From assembly GCA_963700285.1 (NCBI GenBank), contig CAVOXA010000010.1:1856001-1920000 (forward strand): a stretch of DNA of 64,000 nt, in the 5' to 3' direction. Shown piece after piece: positions 49,740-60,332 of this stretch. Numbering within the stretch: position 1 is the stretch's first letter; each line of letters begins with the position of its first letter. The translations under genes were made by a program, and so were the position numbers. The notes below the pieces were generated by a model. It ran no database searches and had not been told where the DNA came from. It saw nothing but the letters and a program-made list of their open reading frames with translations. The stretch is from an uncultured Chloroflexia bacterium (lineage in GTDB: Bacteria; Chloroflexota; Anaerolineae; JAAYZQ01).

Positions 49740-50021
49740 TTCTATTCCTCCTCTCTGTTTTCTGTAATACGCTATGGCCAGAATATCACGTGTGATCCTA
49801 CAAAGTGTGTACAGATCTTAACAGGGCCATCAACCGTCTGGCGGGGTCTTGTGTAAGGTTTGTATCGATGCTGTGCCCAAGCAGCCGCGGGGAACCTGGC
49901 AAGGGGGCTTGTTGACATTTGCTGCCTGCTGGCTTTTTGGGTATAATCAGCCAACATCTCTGGCCTGTGCCAAGTGGAACAGTCCAAGATCTGGGACCTC
50001 AAGGATCCATGGGAGTAACTT

Positions 50022-52781
50022 ATGGCTGACCCCGCCAAATTGGTGCTGATTGATGGCCATGCGCTGGTATACCGCGCCTACTTTGCCCTGCCTTCCACCA
50101 TGGCGACCGCAAAAGGAGAACTGACCAACGCGGTATTCGGCTTTGCCTCGATGCTGCTCAATGTCCTGCGCGACGAGCAGCCCGATTTCTTGGCCGTGAC
50201 CTTTGATCTGGGCCGCACCTTTCGCCACGATGATTATGCCGAGTACAAGGCCAACCGGGCCGAGATGCCCGACGATCTGCGCGTGCAATTCAGCAGGATC
50301 GACGAGCTGCTGGCAGCGATGGACATTCCTACCTATTCGGCCGAGGGCTACGAGGCTGACGATGTGCTGGCTGCCCTGGCCCAGCAGGCGGAGGCCGAGG
50401 GCGTAGATACGCTCATTGTAACCGGGGACACCGATACTTTCCAGCTTATCGGCCCCCACGTACGTGTGCTCGCCCCCCGCCGCTCCTTTGGCGACACGCT
50501 AATCTATGACGAGGATGGCGTCCGCGAGCGATACGGGTTGGAGCCCAAACAACTGATCGATTACAAGGCCCTCGTCGGCGATACAAGTGACAACGTGCCC
50601 GGCGTCCGTGGGATTGGGGCCAAGACAGCGACCAAGCTGTTGCAGGAATATGGCAGCGTCGAGGCCATTTATGACCATCTGGAAGAGATAAGCAGCCCCC
50701 GCTTCCGGAGCGCCCTGGAAAAGGGCCATGATGATGCCTTTCTCAGCAAACACCTGGTAACGATCGTCACCGATTTGCCAGTAAGCCTAGACTTGGGGGC
50801 CTGCCGAGTAGGACGGGTCAACCGCGAGCAGGTTGTAGAGCTTTTTCGCGAACTGGAGTTTAGGGCGTTGTTGGACCGCGTGACACCCACTGCTGAGGCA
50901 GGTACTCCGGCACAGCTCTCCCTGTTTGATGAACAAGCCCCTGCTCCTGCTAGGAAAGTGGGGGACTACCAGATCGTGGACAGTGTGGCAACGCTGGAGG
51001 CAGCGGCAGCCGAGTTGGGGCAGGGGAAGGCCGTCGTTGTGGACGTCGAGTCCACGAGCACGGATCCCATGGCAGCCAAGCTGGTAGGTATTGCCATCAC
51101 TGCCCAAGAGGGCAAGGGCTACTATGTCATTGTAGGGCATCGGGACGCTGCCAATCTCTCACTGGAGACGGTCGGCCAGGTGCTTGCACCACTGCTCCAG
51201 GATCCGGCCATACCCAAGTATGCTCACAACGCCAATTATGATTTGACGGTGCTGGCCGAGCATGGTCTCGACGTGACTCCCATGACCTGTGATACGATGA
51301 TCGCCGAATGGCTGCTGAACCCAGCCAGCCGGAATCTGGGACTCAAGAACCTGGCCTGGAACCGCCTGGGTGTTGAGATGACGCCCATCAGCCAACTCAT
51401 CGGCAGCGGGAAAAAACAGGTCACCATGGACCGGGTTGCGGCGGAAAAGGCCGCACCCTATGCTTGTGCCGACGTGGACATGACCCTGCGCCTGGCAGGC
51501 CAGCTCCTGCCAGAATTGCACGAAAAGGAACTGTGGTCCCTCTACTCCGAGGTTGAGATGCCGCTGGTGCCGGTCATCGTCGATATGCAGCGAGCCGGCG
51601 TCAAGCTGGACGTGGTGACCCTGACCAGGATGAGCCGCCAGTTGGGCGAGCGGTTGGGTGAACTGCAGACAGAGATCGAGGGACACGTGGGCCGCGCCAT
51701 CAACATCAATTCGACCCAGCAGCTCAGCGTGGCGCTCTTTGATGAGATGGACCTGGCCTTGCCCTGGATGCGCCGGGGAGCATCGGGGTACTATTCCACC
51801 GCTGCCGATGTCCTGGAAAAGATACGGGACAAGCATCCGGTCGTCGAGTTGATCTTGGAGCACCGCCAACTGTCCAAGCTCAAGGGCACCTACGTGGATG
51901 CCTTGCCCGCGCTGGTTAACCCGCGCACAGGACGCGTGCATACTTCTTACAACCAGACCGGCTCGGTTACTGGGCGCTTTTCGTCGTCCAATCCCAACTT
52001 GCAGAACATTCCCATTCGTACCGAGCAGGGGCGCGAGATCCGCCGCGCCTTTGTGGCTGATGATGGTTGGTTGTTGCTGGCCGCCGACTATTCGCAGGTC
52101 GAGCTGCGGGTCCTGGCTCATATCTCTGGCGACCCGACCATGCTGGACGCCTTTGCCCGGGGAGAGGACATCCACGCCAGCACGGCGGCGGCCATCTATG
52201 AGGTGCCCCTGGACGAGGTGACCTCGGACCAGCGCCGGGTAGCCAAGATGACCAACTTTGCCATCAGCTATGGTGTGACCGGTTTTGGCCTCGCAGAGCG
52301 GACGGGGTTGGACCCGAAGGATGCCGAGGCCTTCATTCAGACCTATTTTGCGACCTATCCCAGGGTCAAAGAATACATTGACCGGACTCACGAACAGGCC
52401 CGGGACCAGGGCTACGTCGAAACGCTATTGGGGCGCCGCCGCTACTTCCACGAGTTGGGCACCACGTCCCGTGCGCACCACAATGCCCGCCAGCAAGCCG
52501 ACCGGATGGCCATCAACGCCCCGATCCAGGGCACGGCCGCCGACATCCTGAAGGTGGCCATGAATAGGTTGTGGCGTGAATTGCGGGCGCGTGGATTACG
52601 CAGTCGCATGATACTGCAGGTGCACGACGAACTGGTGCTGGAAGTACCCAAAGAGGAACTGGACGAGGCGGCGTCCCTGGTCATCGAAATGATGGAGGGG
52701 GCCTATACCCTCGATGCTCCGCTGAAAGTGGATGCCAAGATAGGTCCAAACTGGCTGGAGATGGACGAATACAGACGATAG
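50022..52781 (+). CDS. polA: DNA polymerase I with 5'-3' and apparently intact 3'-5' exonuclease domains
   Basis: IDGHALVYRAYFA, GDTSDNVPGV, DVE/HNANYD/YACAD, DYSQVELRVLAH, QVHDELV. Confidence 0.99.
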   Translation: MADPAKLVLIDGHALVYRAYFALPSTMATAKGELTNAVFGFASMLLNVLRDEQPDFLAVTFDLGRTFRHDDYAEYKANRAEMPDDLRVQFSRIDELLAAMDIPTYSAEGYEADDVLAALAQQAEAEGVDTLIVTGDTDTFQLIGPHVRVLAPRRSFGDTLIYDEDGVRERYGLEPKQLIDYKALVGDTSDNVPGVRGIGAKTATKLLQEYGSVEAIYDHLEEISSPRFRSALEKGHDDAFLSKHLVTIVTDLPVSLDLGACRVGRVNREQVVELFRELEFRALLDRVTPTAEAGTPAQLSLFDEQAPAPARKVGDYQIVDSVATLEAAAAELGQGKAVVVDVESTSTDPMAAKLVGIAITAQEGKGYYVIVGHRDAANLSLETVGQVLAPLLQDPAIPKYAHNANYDLTVLAEHGLDVTPMTCDTMIAEWLLNPASRNLGLKNLAWNRLGVEMTPISQLIGSGKKQVTMDRVAAEKAAPYACADVDMTLRLAGQLLPELHEKELWSLYSEVEMPLVPVIVDMQRAGVKLDVVTLTRMSRQLGERLGELQTEIEGHVGRAININSTQQLSVALFDEMDLALPWMRRGASGYYSTAADVLEKIRDKHPVVELILEHRQLSKLKGTYVDALPALVNPRTGRVHTSYNQTGSVTGRFSSSNPNLQNIPIRTEQGREIRRAFVADDGWLLLAADYSQVELRVLAHISGDPTMLDAFARGEDIHASTAAAIYEVPLDEVTSDQRRVAKMTNFAISYGVTGFGLAERTGLDPKDAEAFIQTYFATYPRVKEYIDRTHEQARDQGYVETLLGRRRYFHELGTTSRAHHNARQQADRMAINAPIQGTAADILKVAMNRLWRELRARGLRSRMILQVHDELVLEVPKEELDEAASLVIEMMEGAYTLDAPLKVDAKIGPNWLEMDEYRR

Positions 52782-52834
52782 TGGATGTGGCCCCGAGGAG
52801 CCAAATCACACCTGTAACTAGGCAAAGGATACAC

Positions 52835-54535
52835 ATGATTAGAGACGAACTTGCTGAACTGATCTACAACGCGGCGTACAAAGCCCAGAAGAAAAAGAGC
52901 TTGCCCCGGACCGAGATCCCCGAGGTGCTCATCGAACGGCCCCGGCGGGAAGAGCATGGCGACTATGCCACCAGCCTGCCGCTCAAAATGATCGCCGACG
53001 TCAACCGGGAACTCAAAGCTGCCGGGAAGCCAAAGCTGAGCCCCATGCAGGTGGGCAAGAGCATTGTGCACCGAATGGAGCCAGTCCCCTTTGTCGGCCA
53101 GATGGACGTAGCGCCACCCGGTTTCATCAATGTCACACTGGACCAGGGCTGGCTGGCCCAGCAGGTGGAGGTGATCCTGGATGCTGGCGAGACCTTTGGA
53201 AGTGTGGATCTGGGCCACGGCAAACGTGTGCAGGTGGAATACGGGAGCATCAACCCCACCGGTCCCTTACACGTCGGGGCCGGTCGCAACCTGGCGCTGG
53301 GCGATACCATCGCCAACGTCCTGGGTGCCGCCGGGTACGACGTGCAACGCGAGTACTATATCAACAATGCTGGCTCGCAGATGGAAAAGCTGGGCGAGAG
53401 TCTGTACGTGCGCTATTGCGAGCTGTTGGACCGCGATGCAGGCGGGATTCCTGAGGGCGGCTACGTAGGCCTGTATGTCATCGATTGGGCAAAGCAGGTA
53501 ATAGATGAGGAAGGGGACCGCTACCTGCGCCTGCCGCGCGAGGAAGCCGTGGCCCTGATGCGGGACGTGGCCTACCGGTTGGCCATGGAGGACATTCGCG
53601 CGGATTGTGCCCGCATGAACGTCCACTATGACAATTGGTTCTCCGAGCAAGCGCTGTACGACGAGGGCCTTTTTGAACACGTCATGAGCATTTTGCGCCA
53701 GGGAGACCATCTCTATATGGCCGACGGTGCAGTTTGGTTCAACGCCAAAGCCTTGGGCGCTGATAAGAATGAGGTGATCATCCGCTCCAACGGCCAGCCT
53801 GGCTACTTTGTCTCGGACGTCGCCTATCATTACAACAAGTTTGTGCAAAGGGGCTTTGAGTGGGTGATCGACGTCTGGGGCGCCGACCACCAGGGCCATG
53901 TGCCGCGCATGAAGGCCATGATGGAAGCCCTGGGCTTGGATCCGGAGAAACTGACGCTCTACATATACCAGATGGTGACCATCCTGGACTTGGGGGAGCA
54001 GGTACGTCTCTCTAAACGGGCAGGTACCTCGGTGGATCTGCGCGAAGTCTCGGACGACATTGGCCCCGATGTCCTGCGCTTCTTCCTGGTGGCCCGAGCT
54101 GCCGACAGCCAGATGGATCTAGATCTGGGTCTTGCCCGCCAGGAGTCGGACGAGAACCCGGTTTACTATGTGCAGTACGGCCACGCTCGCATTGCCAGCG
54201 TCCTGCGCTACGCCGAGGAGCAAGGCTACACTGATGAGGGGGCCGATGTGTCTTTGCTCAGCCATCCCTCGGAGCTGGCCCTGATCCGCAAGATGCTCGA
54301 GCTGCCCGAAGTCGTGGCCCTGTCTGCCGAGAACCTGGCGCCCCATCACCTGGCGCACTATGCCCAGGACCTGGCGTCCACGTTCCACTCTTTCTACCGC
54401 GACTGCCGGGTTGTCAGCTCGGAGCCTGCTGACACCGAATTGACCAAGGCCCGCCTGAGGTTGGCCAAGGCAGCCAAACACGTACTGGCACGTACGCTCA
54501 CGCTCATAGGAGTGGCCGCGCCAGAGAGGATGTAG
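52835..54535 (+). CDS. argS: Arginine--tRNA ligase
   Basis: HGDYAT, NPTGPLHVGAGR (HIGH), GADHQGH, LSKRAG, NPVYYVQYGHAR, APERM. Confidence 0.98.
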   Translation: MIRDELAELIYNAAYKAQKKKSLPRTEIPEVLIERPRREEHGDYATSLPLKMIADVNRELKAAGKPKLSPMQVGKSIVHRMEPVPFVGQMDVAPPGFINVTLDQGWLAQQVEVILDAGETFGSVDLGHGKRVQVEYGSINPTGPLHVGAGRNLALGDTIANVLGAAGYDVQREYYINNAGSQMEKLGESLYVRYCELLDRDAGGIPEGGYVGLYVIDWAKQVIDEEGDRYLRLPREEAVALMRDVAYRLAMEDIRADCARMNVHYDNWFSEQALYDEGLFEHVMSILRQGDHLYMADGAVWFNAKALGADKNEVIIRSNGQPGYFVSDVAYHYNKFVQRGFEWVIDVWGADHQGHVPRMKAMMEALGLDPEKLTLYIYQMVTILDLGEQVRLSKRAGTSVDLREVSDDIGPDVLRFFLVARAADSQMDLDLGLARQESDENPVYYVQYGHARIASVLRYAEEQGYTDEGADVSLLSHPSELALIRKMLELPEVVALSAENLAPHHLAHYAQDLASTFHSFYRDCRVVSSEPADTELTKARLRLAKAAKHVLARTLTLIGVAAPERM

Positions 54536-54561
54536 CAATCGGAATCATAAGCCGGATGCTA

Positions 54562-54601
54562 GAGGGCCTGAAAGGAGTAGCCAGTTCCCGTCAGGCCCTT
54601 T
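54562..54601 (+). terminator. Probable terminator after argS
   Basis: agggcctga...tcaggccct stem followed by a T tract. Confidence 0.45.
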
Positions 54602-54669
54602 GCTGTGGATCGGATAAAGCCCAGGAAGTGAGCCATCTGCCCATACAACAGAACAAAGGAGTTGAATCA

Positions 54670-55872
54670 GTGTCCAACAATCGAAGCCCAGTGATTGTCA
54701 GCGCCGCACGGACAGCCATCGGTAGTTTTGGCGGGACCCTTGCCACCATCCCGGCGCCCGAGTTGGGCGCGGCAGCGATCCGCGCCGCTGTAGAGCGGGC
54801 TGGGATCGACCCTGGCTCCATCGACGAGGTACTGATGGGTTCCGTGGTCACAGCCGGCCAGGGGCAAGCGCCGGCGCGCCAGGCGGCCATCAAGGCCGGC
54901 ATTCCTGCCCGCGTCGGCGCCGTGACCTTGAACAAGGTCTGTGGTTCAGGCCTCAAGACGGCGATGCTGGCTGCTGGCTTGGTCAAGGCCGGAGACGGGG
55001 ACATCTATGTCGCCGGTGGGATGGAGAACATGAACAGAGCGCCTTACCTGCTGCCGCAGGGGCGCACAGGTTACCGGTTGGGCCATGGTCAGGTGCTGGA
55101 TGCCTGCGTGCGTGATGGGCTGTGGTGTGGTTTTGAGGATCAGCACATGGGACTGGCTGCCGAGTGGATCGCCAAGGAAGTTGGCGTCAGCCGCGAGGAG
55201 CAGGACCGCTTCGCTCTGGAAAGCCACCGGAAAGCCGTGGCAGCCCAGGATGCCGGGCGTTTCACAGAGGAGATTGTCCCGGTTGAGGTGCCCCAGAGAA
55301 AGGGTGAACCCCTCGTCTTTGATGTCGACGAAAATCCTCGCCAGGACACCTCGCTGGAGAAGCTGGCGCAGCTCCGGCCGGTCTTCAAGGTAGATGGAAC
55401 CGTTACCGCCGGCAATGCCTCAGCCATCACCGATGGTGCGGCCGCCGTCGTCATCATGAGCCAGGCAAAGGCGCAGGAGCTTGGCATTCAACCGTTGGCC
55501 CGCATTACAGGCTATTGCTACGGCGCGGTCGAGCCGATTGAGATTTTTACTGCGCCTGTGCTTGCGCTGCGGAACCTCATGCAAAAGACCGGAACAAAGC
55601 TGGATGACTATGATCTCTTTGAACTCAACGAAGCGTTTGCGGCCCAGTGCCTGGGCGACGGCAAACTTCTGGCCGGTGAGGGCTGGAATTGGGACAAGGT
55701 CAACGTGAATGGCGGAGCCATTGCGCTGGGCCATCCCATCGGCTGTAGCGGTACGCGGGTTCTGGTAACCCTGCTCAACGCCTTGCGGCAGCGCGACCTC
55801 CAGACCGGCATTGCCAGCCTGTGCTTGGGTGGCGGCGAGGCCGTGGCCATGAGCGTTGAAATGCTGAGCTGA
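54670..55872 (+). CDS. Acetyl-CoA C-acetyltransferase (bacterial thiolase)
   Basis: NKVCGSG, ELNEAFA, GGAIALGHPIG, SLCLGGG. Confidence 0.95.
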   Translation: MSNNRSPVIVSAARTAIGSFGGTLATIPAPELGAAAIRAAVERAGIDPGSIDEVLMGSVVTAGQGQAPARQAAIKAGIPARVGAVTLNKVCGSGLKTAMLAAGLVKAGDGDIYVAGGMENMNRAPYLLPQGRTGYRLGHGQVLDACVRDGLWCGFEDQHMGLAAEWIAKEVGVSREEQDRFALESHRKAVAAQDAGRFTEEIVPVEVPQRKGEPLVFDVDENPRQDTSLEKLAQLRPVFKVDGTVTAGNASAITDGAAAVVIMSQAKAQELGIQPLARITGYCYGAVEPIEIFTAPVLALRNLMQKTGTKLDDYDLFELNEAFAAQCLGDGKLLAGEGWNWDKVNVNGGAIALGHPIGCSGTRVLVTLLNALRQRDLQTGIASLCLGGGEAVAMSVEMLS

Positions 55873-55903
55873 TTGTAACATCTCATCTCCAATGGAGGGT
55901 GGA

Positions 55904-57058
55904 ATGGCTGGAACAGAGTACTATGAGATCACCCGCGATGATCTAGGCCGCTTTTCGAACCGGGGGCCGGCTTTTGTAACCTTTGGCGAGGTGATGGTTC
56001 GCGACACCCCTGCTGACCTGGAACGCCCGGAGCGAACTCGTTTGGTGCAGCTTTCCATGGCGGGCAGCGAGTATACACTGGCAATGGGCCTGAGCCGTCT
56101 CGGGATCCCTTCATCCTTTATCACCCGCGTTCCCGACAATCCTTACGGCTGGGCGCTGCGCAACATCGCCCGCGAACAGGGTATCGACACCAGTCACATC
56201 GTCTGGGCTCCCAAGACCGAGCCCCTTGGCCGCCTCATCTACGAGATCGGGCGCACGCCTCGAAAGAACACCGGCGTGTATCAGCGAATGTATTCGGCTG
56301 CCTCCCGTCTGGATGCAGGCATGGTTGATTGGCAGGTCGCGCTAAAGGATGCCATGCTCTTTCACAGCTCGGGCATCACCTTCGGCCTGGCAACCCACAG
56401 CAATTACGAGCGCAACTACTGCCTTGATGCCTTCAAGGAAGCCATCGCCAACAAGCCCAAGGGCTGTCTGGTGGGCATGGACTTTAACTACCGCGGCACA
56501 TTGTGGTCGCCTGCTCAGGCCCGCGAGATCCTGACTCCGGTCATCACCGATCATGTGGACATCCTGATCACGACTATCGAGGACATGGCCAGGCTGTACG
56601 ACATCGGCTGCGGGCAGTATTCGGCCAAACAGGTTGTCGATGGAGAGTTGGGGCAGATCGGAGACGACGACATCCGAGTATTTGCGGCACAGGTGCGCGA
56701 GCTGTTCGAGGTCAGCATCGTGGCCATCACCATTCGCTACCCCGATTCTTTTGAGCAGCACCGTTGGGAATCGGCGGCGATGGATGACCAGGGCACTTTT
56801 TTCCGTTCGCCCGCCGTCAGGCCGATCACCCTATGGGACCGCCTGGGCGGAGGCGATACGTGGAACGCGGGCTTTTATTACGGTCTTCTCACAGAGGATT
56901 CCGGAAGTGAGGGCCTAAGAAAGGGAGTACTTGTGGGCGATGCGGCTACCCGCTTGAAGCAGACGCTGATGTTCGATCTGCCCATCGTTGACAAGACCGA
57001 GGTCGAAGCGTTGATGAAGGCTGAGGTGTTAGGCGGCGGCAAGAGAACGTCGCGATAA
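55904..57058 (+). CDS. PfkB sugar kinase (2-keto-3-deoxygluconate kinase-like)
   Basis: VTFGEVMVR, SGIT, DFNYRGTLW, DRLGGGD; adjacent to eda. Confidence 0.85.
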   Translation: MAGTEYYEITRDDLGRFSNRGPAFVTFGEVMVRDTPADLERPERTRLVQLSMAGSEYTLAMGLSRLGIPSSFITRVPDNPYGWALRNIAREQGIDTSHIVWAPKTEPLGRLIYEIGRTPRKNTGVYQRMYSAASRLDAGMVDWQVALKDAMLFHSSGITFGLATHSNYERNYCLDAFKEAIANKPKGCLVGMDFNYRGTLWSPAQAREILTPVITDHVDILITTIEDMARLYDIGCGQYSAKQVVDGELGQIGDDDIRVFAAQVRELFEVSIVAITIRYPDSFEQHRWESAAMDDQGTFFRSPAVRPITLWDRLGGGDTWNAGFYYGLLTEDSGSEGLRKGVLVGDAATRLKQTLMFDLPIVDKTEVEALMKAEVLGGGKRTSR

Positions 57059-57069
57059 AGGGGAAAACC

Positions 57070-57720
57070 ATGGACAAGGTTGACATACTCAATATCATTC
57101 GCGAGACCGGCATCATTGCCATTATGCGCGCCCAGTCCTCTGGTCAGCTGATCGCAGCGGCCGATGCCATCAAGCTGGGCGGCGTGCGGGCCATCGAAGT
57201 GACCATGACCACACCGGGTGCTCTGGACGTCATCGCCAAAGCCAAGGACAGATACGGCTCCGACGTCATCTTTGGTGCCGGGACGGTTCTGGATGCCGAA
57301 ACAGGGCGGGCGGCGATCCTCGCCGGCGCCGATTTCATCGTGTCCCCCACCCTTAATCTCGATCTGGTTGCGCTCTGCAATCGCTACGGCATCCCGGTCG
57401 CGCCCGGCTGCTATTCGCCGACTGAGGTGCTCGCCGGCTGGCAAGCTGGCGCCGATTTCATCAAGCTCTTCCCGGCCAGTGTGGGCGGCCCGGGGTTGAT
57501 CAAAGCGATCCTGGCTCCTCTGCCCCAGGTGCGCATCATTCCGGTAGGCGGGGTAAATTTGGATACGGCGGCCGATTTCATCCGGAACGGCGCGGTCGCC
57601 CTTGGTGTTGGCAGTAGCCTGGTCAGTCAGAAGTTACTGGACAGCGGTGACCTGGACGAACTGACGCGTCGGGCGGGCGCCTACGTCGAACAGGTGCGAG
57701 TGGGAAGGGGACTGGACTGA
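57070..57720 (+). CDS. eda: KDPG/KHG aldolase
   Basis: IEVTMTTP, GAGTVLD, FIVSP, IKLFPA, IPVGGV. Confidence 0.93.
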   Translation: MDKVDILNIIRETGIIAIMRAQSSGQLIAAADAIKLGGVRAIEVTMTTPGALDVIAKAKDRYGSDVIFGAGTVLDAETGRAAILAGADFIVSPTLNLDLVALCNRYGIPVAPGCYSPTEVLAGWQAGADFIKLFPASVGGPGLIKAILAPLPQVRIIPVGGVNLDTAADFIRNGAVALGVGSSLVSQKLLDSGDLDELTRRAGAYVEQVRVGRGLD

Positions 57721-57791
57721 GCGTTGCCCAGCGATAATTCCTTGTCTTTGCCAGTGGGGCCCTCAAGTGGATACTATAAAAGCGCGGAACC

Positions 57792-59181
57792 TCAAAGCTG
57801 GCCCGACTCGTCCCAATCATCCAGCAGGGTTCGGTAGCTTGGATCCTCGTACCGCTCCAACAGGAACCAGTGCGCGTACGGTGGCACATCGCCCCCCGTC
57901 ACGTGGGCGGCCAGCAGCTCGCCTGCGCCGCAGCCGGCCATGATGCCAAAGCCTGACAGTGCCCCGATGATGTAGGCTCCTTCGACGGGCAGGGGTCCGA
58001 TCAGAGGCCGGTTCTCGCGCGTCTTGGCATAGTAGCCGCCATCCACCACCGGACGCGGAAGCCGATCAAAGTAGCCCCGCAGCCCAGGGATCATCCTGGA
58101 CAGGCCACGCAGTACAACCTCAAAGTAGTGGGGATCGTGCGGAGGCAGCGGCACTACCGGCTCCACCGTCTCGATATCGTAGGTCCACAGGCAGAGCTGG
58201 CTCCGGCTGCCCGGGGTGCCCTCCGGCAGTCCATGTGGGCCAGAGGGAAACGGCTCCAACAGCCACTGCATCTCCTCAGACTCGGCCAGCAGCTCCCGCT
58301 CTTCGTCCGACCAGGGCAGTCTGCTGGGGATCGGCCCAGTAGTACAGGGGCGCGCTCTGGGGGATGATGCCCAGGGAGTCGTTGTAGGCGATCTTGGCGT
58401 GCAGCTCACAGATAGATGGGCAGGTCCACGCCCACCATCTCGCCCACCTGCTTTGACAAAGGGTCCGGCGGCGTTGACAAAGGTATCGGTAGCGATGGTC
58501 TGCGACCCTGAGCCGTCGCTCAGCCGCACCGCCCGCACCCGACCGCCCTGCACATCTACGCCCTCCACACGGGCATGCAAGAGCCGGGTGCCGCACTTCC
58601 GAGCCTGTTCCAGCATGTACATGCCCAACTGCTGCGCGCTCATCCGGCCGCAACGGCGGGTGTGCAGCGCCGCGATGACGTCCTCGGACAGGAAGGGAAA
58701 GTGCTTGTGGATCAGGGGCGGATCGAGGATCAGGTCGGCGCCGGTGGGCAGGTCCTCAAAACCGCTGGTCGGCGCCGGGGTGTAGGCCGGATCGCCAGCC
58801 CGCCCGTCTATGGATGCGAAGCGGTCCAGCTCCCAGCGCACAGGATTCCTCCGCCGCCCGCTCAAAGTCGGGGATGCGGGCCGGGTCCGCTGTAACAAAG
58901 AGGTAGCCCCGCCGGCTCAGGTGGAAGACGTTGTCGCTTTCGCGAGCAAGCTCTTCCATGATGTCGATGCTACGATTCGTCAGTCGCACCATGGTATCCC
59001 CGGGCCCGGGCCACCAGTTTCGGTAGCATTCCGTCGACTTGTCGCTGGTCAGGCTGAAGGGGTCGCGTTCGTCGACCAGGATCACGTTCCTGATGCCCTG
59101 CCGGACGGCCAGATGGTAGGCGGCGCTGATCCCGCCGATGCCGGCGCCACAGATGACGACACTACTGGTTTGAGAGGTCAT
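57792..59181 (-). CDS. FAD-dependent oxidoreductase (DAO/sarcosine oxidase beta-like), frameshifted
   Basis: VVICGAGIGG, FVNAAGP, GGYYAKTRENRPLIGP, ALSGFGIM. Confidence 0.85.
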
Positions 59182-59289
59182 AGCGTTCCCTCGTTTTCAT
59201 CAGAGGTTGCATTGGTCAGACTGATCCGCGGATAGACATGACGAGAAAATGGCCTGTCCTTGGGGTGCGTCAAAGTTTGGCGTACTTGC

Positions 59290-59613
59290 TCATTGCCGCT
59301 CAGGCTTGATACGCCCAAGCCTAAATACTTTGTCGACCATTGCGCTCCGCCAAAGACCTGGTGGCTCTGATTCGAGCTGCTCGTAGATCGCGATATACCG
59401 GGCGCGGACCTGACATAACTGTGGGCTGTCAACCGTCTCTTGGGCCCATCGCATAGCATCCGCATCCCACAACGCCCAGATCTCGGGCGGCACGTATTCA
59501 AGATACTCCTCTTCGGCGTAATTCGAGCCGTGCCAGATGTCCAGTTTGTCTTGCTCCCGGCCAAGGAGACGTGAAATCAGATAGAGATTGGACAAAGTGA
59601 TCGCGGTCGGCAA
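59290..59613 (-). CDS. Hypothetical protein, possibly a C-terminal gene fragment
   Basis: 107-aa ORF with natural composition and a TTG start just after a TTGTCA-18-TATAAT promoter (59630-59659). Confidence 0.45.
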   Translation of the reverse strand: MPTAITLSNLYLISRLLGREQDKLDIWHGSNYAEEEYLEYVPPEIWALWDADAMRWAQETVDSPQLCQVRARYIAIYEQLESEPPGLWRSAMVDKVFRLGRIKPERQ

Positions 59614-59658
59614 CAGTGATTGCGAGGTGATTATACCCTGGGGAGTACCCCTTTGACA

Positions 59659-59690
59659 AAAAAAGGACCCCGAAGGGCCCTTTTTCTTTG
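59659..59690. terminator. Bidirectional intrinsic terminator
   Basis: aaaaaaggaccc-cgaa-gggcccttttt. Confidence 0.7.
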
Positions 59691-59726
59691 ACTGAGGTGG
59701 GCCGAAGCCCAGCTCACATTCCTCAT

Positions 59727-60332
59727 TTAGTCAAAGAGCGCCAAGATCTCGCCGATTACCATCATCATCTGTTCTTGGGCTCCCTGATTATCGGCGCTCT
59801 CCTCGACAAGATAACCACCCTGCTTGGTATGCCAGTTAAAGGGGATAAGCCGACCAGCATCATCCTCGTCGATCAATTCAGCCCTATGACATCCACCACA
59901 GGCTCTTGAAGCTGGACCGGTGATATAAGCCGGTACCTCACCGATGTTACTGTCCCAGCCATTGAGTGGGGAATCAGATGCCGACAACAAACCAGGTAGC
60001 GACTTTGTCTGATCGGGCACATCATAGGTGCCTTCAAGGTGGCAGGACTCGCAGTATTCTGTTCCATGAGTGGGATACGGGAACTCGATGTGATGCTCAT
60101 ACTCCAGGGCCTCCACCGGATCGGTGAAATCGATATCGCCAATATCAAAGGCCTGGCCTGAACGGATCGCGTGGACATAGGAGTCAATCGACCTCGACTG
60201 CATCTCCAAATGAGAACCGTCACTCTTTGTGATGTGACACATCCTGCAGACAACGATACTCCCGCCTCTATCCGGCGAGTGGTAGTTGGTTGCCAGTGCA
60301 TCATGGCAGTTCTGACACTTGTCCACGTCCGC
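59727..60332 (-). pseudogene. Multiheme c-type cytochrome (OmcA/MtrC-like C-terminal part), 5'-truncated at the IS630 junction
   Basis: Four CxxCH motifs (CQNCH, CRMCH, CESCH, CGGCH); no signal peptide; frame abuts the transposase stop. Confidence 0.8.
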